From Lingula anatina (taxonomy: Eukaryota > Animalia > Brachiopoda): a stretch of DNA of 64,000 nucleotides. Location of the stretch: the NCBI GenBank assembly GCA_051362555.1, contig CM120642.1:32302001-32366000 (forward strand), in the 5' to 3' direction. Shown one piece after another: positions 1 to 12,700 of this stretch; within the stretch, counting starts at the first letter, position 1, and each line of letters starts with the position of its first letter. A program made the position numbers and the translations under genes. The notes beneath the pieces were generated by a model. That model was not told where the DNA came from and made no database searches. It saw only the letters and a list, made by a program, of their open reading frames with translations.

Positions 1-99
1 GCAAAGTTTACCACTCTGTTGATTGCAGAGTAGTCTAAGCCAGCTGAATGGAAAGATATGAGAGTGTTATTATTAATAATATTAGTTCAAACTTCTCCA

Positions 100-102
<3 letters not shown>

Positions 103-132
<30 letters not shown>
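103..132. repeat. (CT)n microsatellite
   Basis: Seen directly. Confidence 0.9.
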
Positions 133-136
<4 letters not shown>

Positions 137-643
137 CCATCCATCTATGAAAATATGCATGCATGCTAGTCTACAAGCTAGTGGGCATTATCTAGAAAAA
201 ATTCCACAATAAGCCCCCTAACCCAGTAAGGCATATGGCAAAACTTACTCCCATTTTCAGATTTTTCTGTGACAAAACTTACACTGTTGCAGCTCATTTT
301 TGTACTCACCTTGAGAACCCTTCTGTTTGCGTTAATGCAACCAATATCAAATTTAACTATCATATCCAAAGCAGAGTATCATTATGCTTGTTTTATCATG
401 AAAATACTTTTTAAATTCTGTTAAAAATCATCTGCTATCTTAAGCTACTCAATAAAAATATGCCAGTGAAATCCATCTGAGAGTCTATATCTTTTACAAT
501 ACTTGAAGTCAAATGACCAAACAAATTCAAGATATATATATGGAATATATTATATATATATATATGTTAAATGTGGAGCCAATAGATAAGTTGATGAGTA
601 ATCACTAATATAGCCAAGGTAAGCTGTAACTTTCATGCCCTAC

Positions 644-793
644 CTTCAGCGGAGACAGGTTTGGTTTTTTTGGACCTGATTGTGACACTGGAGGTCTTGC
701 TGAGATCTGTTCCAGTCCGCCATATTTTAACTTCAACAAAACCATCACTCTCATCAACCTCATATTCTGATGCTCCCAGGTAGATAGCAGGCT
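644..793 (-). CDS. FREM2: FREM2/ECM3-like exon 8 (150 nt), [50 protein letters not shown]; start of Calx-beta 3
   Basis: Manual translation in a frame different from the listed 605..826 ORF; ttttcag acceptor and GTAGGG donor. Confidence 0.9.
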
Positions 794-3700
794 CTGAAAA
801 TAAATGTCATGTTGGTAAGGGTTCATCTTTTACATTTTGCAGATATTTGTTTTATTTTTTAACTAAAGCCTAAGAAATGATTTCTACATGCTTAAATGAT
901 TCTGACAAAAATATTGTAATCAATGTCCATAAGAGATTAAAGTGACACAAAACATGTGCTTTTACACATCAATAATGACTTATTTGTTGTTTTCAAGCAA
1001 TACTTTTCCTACAAATTAACCCAAACACAACTTTACTCAGAGTTAAACGCATTATACTTGTATGCCATGTAGTGGTGTTGTAGTTTCTTTTCAACTTTGC
1101 AAGAAAAGAAAGAATACTCAATATTGTTTAAGTATAACATAACAAAGCACCCTGCAGAGACAGTTACTTATCTTTCCTCTAATTAGTGCTTTGTACGACC
1201 TATACAGACCCCTGAAGTAAAACCAGGCATAAAACTGCCACTGTGCTTCAAAAACAGAAGCCACTTTATATTCCATAATGAGCCTTTCTTGCTGACCCCA
1301 GTGACCCCTAGCAGCAAGATTCTGTCTGCACAACAAAAGGCCACATTTTTTCAGAATGAAACAGTTGCTGCACAGCGGGAGGTGTGAGGTTTGATTCACA
1401 CAGGGTTACACAGTTCTGTTTCTAAATAAATATACTTGTAAAGCGCCTCATTCATGTGATGGCAAAATTGAGAACTGCTGTCAAGGAAGTAATGAAAAGT
1501 CATATATATATATATATATATAGCTGCTCCAAACATTTGTATAGGAATCTGGAGATGATTATAATATTTAAGCCTAAATTCCCATCCCCACATTTAATTA
1601 CCAATTTAACGCATGTACGCACGCACATACTCACACACATATGCACAATCTGTGCACAAACACATACTGACCCTCTCCTCCCGCATGCATGTGCGCGCAC
1701 ACACACACACACACACTCACACGCACGCACGCACGCACGTACGTTATTTTACATCATCAACCTACCATCATCTTTGTCCGGGGCAATGACCACTTCTGTC
1801 ATGTTATGTTGCCCCACCTTCCCTCCCATAGGCATGGTCAGAACAACCTGGAACCTTTCTTCCTCCTCAAACAAGGAGTCATCAATAATTTGAATGTTAC
1901 AGAACTTGGTGTCCTCGTTCTTGTCAAAGCGCACCATGCTGTTGTGGTCTTCGGGTCTGGTGATGTAGTCGGAATAGGAAGTGACAGTGGACGGAACGGT
2001 CCCCGTGGCAGAATCTGTGGGGAAAAAACAAACCAGTCAATACTTATTTAAATGATTGGAAATTGAGAAAGAGTGAATTAAACAAAAGTTATAAAAAAAT
2101 AAAAATTGATATTAAAATTCATTAATGCACTGACTTGTGTTGAACTGCAGAGAAAAGTTTGAAAAAAAATTTTTCATTCAAAGGTACAACTGCACTGATC
2201 ACACAGTACAGTACAAAAAAAAAATTAAAAAATAATTATTTTTCTCAGCTAGTGACAACAAATTAATTTGTATATACCCACTCATTCTACAGCATCTTAC
2301 AAAGAATATAACAGAAAGTTTCCTCACCTTGTATTGTGGAACATATGACCATCAGTTCGTCAGAAATGTCTCCAGTCCTCTTTATAGGCACCTTAATGAT
2401 CCCAATGTCTTCCTCCACTGTGTACTGACTCTCTGGGAAGAACACTGTGGACTCTGGAAAATTACATGTTTTTAGTGATTAAAAACAGTACAAGCTTCTC
2501 CAGGATTTTGAAATATACTGCTTAACTGTGGTTTTATATTCATTTATCAAATTGAAACCCATATATAGACGCTTCGGTATATTCATGTGAACTGAAGTAA
2601 AAACTTTTCAAATATAAGAAATCAGACCATTCACACATCAGTGAAAATAAAAATTGGTCACAGTCTACTAAACTCAATTTATCTAATAATTTGTGCATAG
2701 TAGTTACTTATGCAGATGTATCAAATAAGAAGACTTAGTTGTGATATAATCTGGATATTATAACAAATGAAACTTTAAATGCAATATTTCAGCTGTTGTC
2801 CAGAGTCCAGTTATACTAAGGTCACCCTACCATCTTCCTTGTCCAGAATCCGGACAGTGGCCACTTTGGGGTGTTCCAAGGCCCCCATCACAGGCTCGCT
2901 TAGCTCTAGTGTGAAGGTCTCAAAATCCTCGTACTTGTCATCATCGATAAGGCGAATGTGCCAGTTCTTCTTCATTTGTCCTGAAATTAGTGAAATAAGT
3001 ATTAACTTAACAAAAAGATTAGATAAAAGCACTATTTAAAATCCCATTCAGTTACAATTGGAAATACTTAATTATGTTTATCTAACAAAATGCAAAATAA
3101 CTTTAATGAAAATAGATTTTTATTTTTTTTTTCAGAATTATCAGCAAATTAAGTCCATCAGCGTTCAACTATGCTGACAATGCTTTCAATACATGCACTG
3201 CCAACACACTAGTTAAATCTTATATATAAATATTATTTGATACCATTATTAAGTATATAATCATGGCTTTTTCTCTGGTTATTGGTATCTGCTCATTACA
3301 TTTACTCTGCTGAACAAGAGGCACTTGATAATTAGTCGCTTGCCCATTGCCAGACTTTTCATGACCAGGTATCCCACCTCCATGAGTCTCTGGTGAGTAC
3401 TTATTGAGGAGACAGCAGGTGCTAGTTTTATGGTGGCCCCTGACTTGACCTAGCTAGAGAAACAAACCCATAACTTCCTACCAGGATGATGGGAGCAATG
3501 AGAGCACTCTCCTGCTTTGGTCTTCCAGTACAGACATGGCGGCTACCTACCTGAAGACTACCTGAAGACTACCTGAACATCTTACCTGGGTTAAACTGCA
3601 CTTGGTGGGCATACTTCTTCCTAACATCTTCACCCACTTTGGCTGTGCCATTTTTTGCAGTGATAGCTGTTCAAAAATTGGAAAATTTGTTAATAATTAT

Positions 3701-6700
3701 AAAATGAAATATGAATTTCATTATTATTTGGTAAACATTTTCAGTTGGCTGTGAATCAATGCAGCATTAATTTATGAGCATGTCTACCTGTCCATGCATT
3801 TCAAAAGGAACATAAAACTGTAAAACTGTGCACCTGTAATCATTAAAAATACTCTAATATTACTTTAGTCTGAAATCAAAAAGTGAACCTGGACAAAATC
3901 TAAACACCAAATTGAATTTCATTTAGGCAGGCCCATAGCAAAGGCCAGAATCTTAATTTTTAGCAAGTGTGTGTCTATAGGGATTAAAGCGGCTAACTAG
4001 TTTTCCGTTACTCTCTTATATTGCCACCAATCAACACATCTAATCATATGCAAAATTAAGTCGAAAAAAATCAGATTATACGCAATGATAAACTTGCTAC
4101 TTTGGCCTCTTACTACTAATCTGACTGATAAGTTCATACTGATGTTCTATAATTACAGCAGACTATTCATAACTCTTCACCTTATAACACCAATTATTAT
4201 TCATCTCAAACAAATCTTATGAATTTCTTTTTTTATTTCACATTAGCTTAAATTTATAATAAGGATGCCTAACTTGAATCTTTGTGTAACTGGAACTAGT
4301 TTTCCCGAACCAAACAGGCAAGGTTAATTATGCAGAGTTTGCTGAATGTCAATACTTACTGATAAATGATGTCTCGCCCAGAAACCCCCTCCTGTTGAGG
4401 GTGACGTTGACTCTCCTATCCGTCTCATTCACGATGTAGTATTCCGTGGCAAAGGAGATCCAGGCCCAGTTGAGGTAAAATGGCTGATTATCAAGGACGT
4501 TTCCGCCTGAAAGATTCATAAGCAATTACTGTGAGCAATAATTTGGCAGAATTCTGTAAAAACAATCATCCTTCTTACGATAGCCTGTCATCTCCTTTCC
4601 TCCTCCCCTCCCTCCATAAATTCTGTCATGGTACAATGAACTGACAAGATCTGTCAAGGTGCATGTATTATTCTAAAACGTGTTTCAAATTATCACAATA
4701 TTTCATGACAATGGCAATTTAGGATTTATAACTTGACAATTTTACCTTTCAAACATTTGATTAACTTAACCCTATGAAAGATAATTTTAATACGTTTATT
4801 CTTACTATTCATTATCACATACATAATAACATGTAGTACGTGCGTACGTAAGTTTTAAGTGCAGTTATCCCATGTATCCGTATGTTAAACCAGCATGACA
4901 GTAATGCATGCGAAGGAACGCATTGTAAACTACTAAAATGTCAAAGTCCACAAGTCATACTAGTTAATCAGTTGGTATTTTATTCCTGCCAAAAGTAATC
5001 CAACATTAGTTTAAACCCTGTAATCTTGGAATGCAATGGGCAGCTAGTGTGCTACGGAACATACAGAAAAGTAACAACTCTTCTGCTCGCTGACATTAAC
5101 AATTAGCACAGTAGCATAACATACGTAAAAATTTATATGAATCTTGTTGTAACTCTTTTATTTCCAACTTTCAAGTGAAATAAAAATCAGACATTCCAAA
5201 GTATTGCCCCAAGACAAGAAAATGAGGCACCTTTATGCTGTTCAATGCACTGGGAAGGGATTAGTTATAACTCACAGCGCAACAAAATGCTAGATTGGCT
5301 GCCTTCAGTAAAACCACAAGCCAGACGGTATTAGCCTCCATTTCACCTGCTGTTTCTCAGTGGAAATGTAAAACTTTCAATAATTAACCTTGATGGCAAA
5401 AAAAGTTCTCCCAGGAAAAAAGAGCAGTAGGGTTAATTTCACTTTTCACTGAAGCATTGGCAATTCATTTATCTCTTGAAAATTATAAAAATAAACTGAG
5501 CATGTCATATAAAGTATAATATTGACCACCAGCTTGGGTGAACTTTTATCTGTAATCAAATTTGCAAGTTTGGTATCAAATTGAAATCTGAGTACAGTCT
5601 AAGGACCCTCTCTCACAGAGTTCCACAATGTTTTCTTGTGGATTCCAATTGACTGTTGTTGCTACTACTTTTACATTAGGAGTAATGTTAATCATTATTT
5701 TGAAATTATTTCTGAAAAGGTTAGTTATGCCAAAATCTGTAAGAACTATCCTAGGTCAGTTATTCAGAGGATCCCCCATTCTGACAAGCCTTCATCTGAA
5801 ATCGACCCCCATCAGAGAAACAGGTCATGTCCTCTTCCTTTTAAATAAAATCTGTTTTATGATGTTATCATCATTATCCAGATGCTTGATTTACAAGTCT
5901 TCTCCCATATTATTCATGAGCAATTGAAAAGTAAAAGCAAAAAATATATAGCAAAGCTTTAAATAAATTATACTGAATATTCTAGACAGCAAATCTGATT
6001 ATTGAGTATTGCCTCATCAGAGAAAGTAGACTTTGTGATCAAAGAGCAAATAACCCAGCATTTTGGTGTCAAAGAAGCAGTCTTTTATTAATTTTCAACC
6101 ATTAATCAAGCAACAGGCTTTAATTGAAAATGAAATTGAGTGGGTGAAAAATTTAACCACTTTACTGAAGGTTCACCTTATTAATAATAGCTTTAATCTT
6201 AAGCTATAAATTTGACACTGAATTTGATGTATCGCCATAGGTAAATAAATCAATTAGTCTAGAGGATGCAAAGGCCAACAGAATTATGCTTGTGCTGTAA
6301 GTCATTGTATTTACTTGTCAGTTATAAGTATCTATAAATTTGATATAAATCATCAAGATTGCAACCACAGGTAGATGGACGGAAGGGTGATGTGAAGGGT
6401 GACAGAAAGACAGACAGATGGACAGAAAATGCCATTCAGTAAAACATTTTGGGCATCTCATCCAAACATTCAATCCAACAAAGTCTTAAACACTCACTCA
6501 CTTTGAAAGAATATGTCATCTTTTTGCAGTGTGATTTTTATGGTGATATACTAGCATCTGATGTCTCAATTCTATACACAGGTATACTAAGTTAATTCCC
6601 TTGTTTAGCCCATCTTTCTATCATTAAGACAAGTGCTGGTGTATTGAATATCTAAATATATATATTAAAAAAAAAACATCTCCCCAAAAATTCAAGGAAT

Positions 6701-9700
6701 GTGGTTTAAATTATTTTCATATCAAGCCCAGTATTACTCTGTAGGTCTAGGTGTCAAAACATTATATATGTGCTAATAACTGTCAAAATGCCTTTGTAGA
6801 ACTTAACTGATTTTAAGTCAAAATGAAAAGAAGTTGCCCAATCTTTAATTTCGGCTAAAAATTTCTTCTCTGTTATGTCTTTTATTGGAATAATCAAAAT
6901 CTGAATTATTTATTCATATTCAGTTATCTAAATTTTGATATGTTTATGTTTTCTTATATTTTTAACAACAACATATTCAATGGCAGGCTGGGAGAGCCCA
7001 TAGGTATGTATGCCTGCCCAATTATGCAAAATAAATGAAATAGACCTTGTGGAATTAAATGTTATTTTTTTTGCATTTTGCCAATATCATCTATAATTTT
7101 TATTTTAAATAATATATGTCATTAAAAAATCAAATAAGGGAGAACCAGTAACTTCATTGAGAACAAAAGATCAAAGAAATTAAACTGAAACGTAACCACC
7201 CCAAAACCACCCTGCAGACAAAACCTGAAAGCAGCACTTGGGATGTTTGTGCTAGAATGGCTATCAAAAGAGCTTTATACCAAAACTGTTTATTTTCATC
7301 CAATAACGATCTATTCTTCTCGTCAATGGTAAGTCAATTAACACTTGACAAAGATTTCAAAGTTAAAACAAGGGTAGTGTGCTCTGTTTGAAAACGTAGA
7401 AAACTGAGACATTGTTAGTGTACAGTATCAGGGTTTGAAGTCGGAAGCTGTGCATTATAAAAGATGGTTCAATGACTGAAAATCCCTTTGGTGGGTTTAG
7501 ATGGAACAATGTGGCTTAAACTTGTCAATCTTAAGTATATACCCTATCTGTATCATGTTTGGTATCCAATGTAAACTATACAGCCAAGCAAAGGTATCAC
7601 TGACAGCACGCAGGAAAACATTTGTTCTGTTAAAATATATTCAAAGGCAATGGCCATCAGATATAGACAACCATATAGTATCAGTGTGTGTTATTTAAAA
7701 TACAAATTATACACAAATGCACATATAGGCACGCATACACATACAGATGCAAGAAGACATCCACTAGTAGTACCATTTTTTTGCCATGTGTAAAATTATT
7801 TTAGAGTGACTTTGTTGCCATCTTGGACATTCAGTAAAACTGATGGAAACTAGAATATGGAGTGAAAATGCACTCTCCTCAATATCACTGGTCTTAGTAA
7901 ACTTGATGAAGTAAATAAATCAACTGAATGTAAAAAGCCAGTGCCTCTGAAGATAAAACACTTAAGGCCCTTGTGAGTCTGGTGAGTGCCGAAGACAGAC
8001 ATTTCATAAGAAAAGTCCAGTTTCTAGACAATTTCTAGTCCATCTTAATTGACTTTAAAGATGACATGTAATCTGAGATGATTTAATCACTCAGGTTCCA
8101 TCTTTAAAACTTTAAACTGACAAACAGAAATATGGGTTCTGTCAGCACCAGACCTTTTGTATACAAAAAAACTATCATTTTAATTCTTGTTTTGTCAATT
8201 TTACTTTTCTAATAAAATGTGGGCTTATGAATCATCTGTTTTGTAATGTAACTGAAGACTTTTCATTTTCCAAATTGAAAAAAAAACAAAAAAACTTTAA
8301 TGTAGCATTTTGTATGAGGAAAAATTATCACTTTTTATTTCTGAGATGCCCATGACATACCTTTTTTTCTGCAATTTGATCTCATAAAGAGAGAGAATGA
8401 TTTGCCAAATAGCACTGGTTCTATATTCATGTCACCAATGGCGCTACATCTAGTGTTTCTTTTTTATTTGTTTACAAAATAAAATCACAACGTGAAATAA
8501 AACTATAGTAAATTATGGTCAATTTCTGCCTACGATAAGTATTGGCTGTATAGCTTATTCTAATAATCATAAACCAATTAATTCTATGTCTTTTTGTTTA
8601 CCTATATTCACAAATACATTCTACTTTCTTTGATTTAAATTGACCTATTTCGATAGTCTTTGCTATCATTTGACATTTTTGTATAAGAAAATAATAATAA
8701 CAATGCCAAATTATGCATAAAGCTTAGCATTTGTATATTTTTTTTACTTTTTATCCAAATGTGGCTGGTGTTACTAAGAGCTTTTTTAGTTATTTATTTC
8801 ATTAAAATATATCTGAAAAGAAATGATTTTTTTCAAGTTCCACAATTTTTCACTGACATGGACTACATTTTATGCACATCCCAGACAGCCTCAGTAATCT
8901 GGCCCACGTCTGGCCCAGATCTGGCAACGTCTGGCAATATCTGGGCCAGATTTTGCCAGACACTTGCCAGATCTGGGCCAAGTCTGGCAAAGTCTGGCAT
9001 TTATGCCACATTTTGCCAGACACTTGCCAGATCTGGGCCAAGTCTGGCAAAGTCTGGCATTTATGCCACATTTTGCCAGATGCTGCCCAGACTTGGGCCA
9101 GATATGGTAGTCTACTTTCATTTTCAATTTTTATTTTCTATTTATTTATTTTTTATTGACCAGTGAGCTGAATGCATTGAACTGACGTCATTTGATAAAT
9201 TTTGATTTAATTTATCTCTCTCTCTTTTCTTCAAAGTCCCCTCATAAGTGTGCTATTTGTTTAATTTGACTTGACATTTGAATGAATTCACTGTTCTAAA
9301 ACTTTTTTGAACTACTCGTTCCGCTGTTGTGAGATTCCGCTTTTTATGCTAAGCCGGTCAAGGACCCGGATGTAGCGTTTCTTAGAGTTATGGATATGAA
9401 AAAAGCACAAGCGTATCAAACTGATACAATTCGTTGAGTGATTTGATTCGTGATGCGATTTATTTCGAAGGCATCAACACTGGCGACGAGGTTTAACACT
9501 AGTGCAAAACTGTGAGCCAACTTCCTTTGAAAAAATGGAGGAAAAATGTGAAATTACGGAATTCGAACCGTACAGAAGTCCGGAGACATAAGGGTCACGC
9601 TCGACGCGATGGCTAGACAGTTTTAACCTCTTCGCTGACGGAAAAGATTGATCTTTTCAAAACCAACGGACGGCATGAATAATGAACAAAGATAGAAAAT

Positions 9701-12700
9701 TAAAAATACATGACAGAGGAGAGGCGCGCTTATGTGGCATTCAACATAACAGGGTACAAGATATTTTTAGGACTCTCCCAAACACAGGTTAGAAACATGA
9801 ATATATATTAGACAGTTAACGCTTTGAATGAAATTGGAACACCAGAAACTGTGAGTATGATGAAACCGAAGTCATTTGACAAACCAAGCCAGTCTAAACA
9901 TTACGAGTTTAGACATGAAAAACGAAGTAGAAACGCCCTGACTGAGAAAACATGGAACGTTGGATCACTTTGCAAAAGTCTGCAAAACTGAAACTATTAT
10001 TCATGTAAATGACAGCTTTGAACATGATAATCCAGGAGTGCATATACATTTGGTGTGGGAACCAATGCAATATACACAGAAGACATGGAGGAAATAGAGG
10101 CGGTGTTAATCTGTGTATTACCAGATTCAGGTGCATATTGTAATATCATTGATGAAAATACATGGAGAATGCTGAAATCCAAGAAAAATAAATGTGGCTC
10201 TTGTGGAGGACTAGAAAACAAACAGTATTATTCATACACGTCTGAGAAACCTTTAAAAGTGAAGGGAACATTTGAATGTGACGTAAAGGAAGAGACCAGT
10301 AGTAGTGAAAGGACATGGGATTTGATATGAGTTGATAAGTTTTGAGAATTTTCAGTGTGGTTTAAGGAATAAAAGTTGGAGTTCATATGTTATTCTGCAA
10401 ATGTTTGAAAGGACATTTTAAAGACTGAACTGTCAATAAACATGTTTTGAAAGGACCGTTTCTGTCCAAGAAAGGGATGTTGTGTTTTGACTTGACATTT
10501 GAATGAACTGTTGTTAACTTGGTAGAGTTACTTGTTCCATATTGTTGATTCCATTAATAATTATAAGCTTGTCAAGGAGCCGGATGTATCATTTCTTAGT
10601 GTTTTGGATTTGAAAAAAGCGCAAACATTGCAAACTGGTTCAATTCATTGAGTGATTTGATTCATGATGTGATTTAATTCAAAAGCATTGATACTGGGGT
10701 TTGTTTTTGTGCACATGTAATTCTCTTTTAATTGTACATCTATATCTGTGCTGGAGTATACATATTTTTTTTTCAGAATTTACATGTATGTACAGTACTG
10801 TAGCCAGCATGCAAGTTGAATTACAGTTACTGCATGGTTATTTATAATTTTGTTATAACTCACCATCATCTAAAAAAACAATGTTTTTTCATTCATTATT
10901 CAAGATTTATTCATTACAAAACTACATTCATTAGTGATTATTATTTTTAATGATATGTTTGAATTAGTTTAAAAATGACAATGTGTGCAAAAATATTTCC
11001 CCCTCAAACCCCTCCCCCATGTACATGCATAATTAATTACAATTTTTGTAATTTGTGTTAATTCAGATTCGATGAGCAGCTTTGTGTTGAAAAAAAATTG
11101 TTGTTATAACTGTTTTCTTTACATGTATGTAAGTGACATTTCCTCCTGTTAAGTGTCTGTATATTTACCTTTTTGCAGTGTAGTTTTTTTTTTTTTTTTT
11201 CAAATATACATTGTTTTGTACAAAAAGACAAGGAGTGACCCTTAATTTGTTACATGTTAGTTGCCAGCAAGGTTATATAATGTGTAATAATTTTGTTTAG
11301 GGTTTTAGCACAGAATAAATACTTGAATCTTGAATCTTGTATGTCTTTTTTATAGTAATCTTATTGAATAATTAAAAATAATTGAAAAAAAGAAAAAAAA
11401 AAACATTCTGGGCCATATGTGGTCCATGTCTGGCCCTAATCTGGCCCATTTGAATATGATCTGGCCCACATCTGGTCCACATCTGGCATGCCATACATTT
11501 GCCAGATATTGCCAGATCTGGGCCGACATCTGGCCATATGAGCAAATGTGGACTGGGCCAGATGTGGCAATGTCTGGGCCAGATCTGGCCCAAACATTGC
11601 CACATCTGGCCCACATGTGGCAAGCCATACCTTTTGCCAGACGTTGCCAGATCTGGGCCAGACATGGGCCAGATCACTGAGGCTGTCTGGGATTAATATC
11701 ATGCCCGAACCCCAAAGACAACAAAAGCCAAACTTGGGTAAACTATTTACAAGGACTTTGGTTTCAGGGGTGCAACCTTTGAAGAAGAATGACAAGACCA
11801 CGAACTCGTGTGATAAACATCTAGCAAGTAAATGTACTTTATCAATAAGACTTCAAAGATGCCAAAATCAATCCATCACTCCTTTGTCCAGCTCACTTCA
11901 TACTACACGAATTTCTGTTTATAACTGCCGCACATTAACAGTTGACCCCAAATAAAGGTGGCACATTAGCTGGACAAAGACCACCTCACAGAAACATGTC
12001 TCTGTTTTTTAACTGGAAAAATAACGGAGCACTGGCATGAAAATGCCAGGACTTTTTAGTATGATTGATATTCAGTGGTTAAATTCAAAACTATCTTTGT
12101 GATTCCATATTCAGAGTTCAATCAGAACCGTTAATTTTTAAATCAATTTTGTTACTGATCCCAAACAATAAAACGTGCCCAGCGGACCTGTAGATTGCTC
12201 AAAGGAGTCAATATTCTCAATACCCTTTGAGTGGAACAGGCAGGAGAATAGGCAGAAAAAAAAGAACGAAAAGACTTACCTTTGTCTGTGATCTTGAAAT
12301 AGAAGACATCTCCTGTGGCGTTTGTGTTGTTCTTTAGTATGTAATGGATTCTCATGCGATCAACATCCTCTGAAAAAATAAAGAACATTCCTGTGTATAA
12401 AACTTATATATCTAAATATAAAATATATAAATATATATATAAAAATCATTTTATCCAAAGTAAATGCTACCTAAATCAAAATTGTGATTCAAAACCCTTT
12501 AAAACTGTTAATACTATGGGCATTTCTATTTTTTTCTTTCTGCCACAGACTATCACCTTTTCCCCATTAGTATAGGCCACTATTATAATTTGAAAATGGG
12601 CCCTGATCCATTCCCAACCATCTGAATGATGGGGCACCTGTTGAAAGACCCCTGTAACTATGAGCAGAATATGACAATGGTTTCTTTTTTCAATCTTAAC

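Noticed and set aside
605-826. Listed 73-aa minus-strand ORF
   Set aside because: Wrong frame; the real exon 8 (793-644) uses another frame.
1456-2051. His/Thr-rich and Cys/Val-rich ORFs (also near 15556-16339, 25387, 42162, 54902)
   Set aside because: Translations of (CA)n/(GT)n microsatellites.
3543-3586. CTACCTGAAGA x3 repeat next to the exon 4 donor, giving extra CAG|GTAG donor-like sites
   Set aside because: Probably a simple slippage repeat; the annotated GTAAG donor is the one matching the conserved FNPG-Q junction.
8759-11955. Clusters of overlapping ORFs with repetitive W/C/Q-rich peptides, and a superficially CRISPR-like repeat array
   Set aside because: They are six-frame translations of stop-free 11-12 bp subterminal repeats. 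There are no unique spacers or cas genes, and the DNA is eukaryotic.
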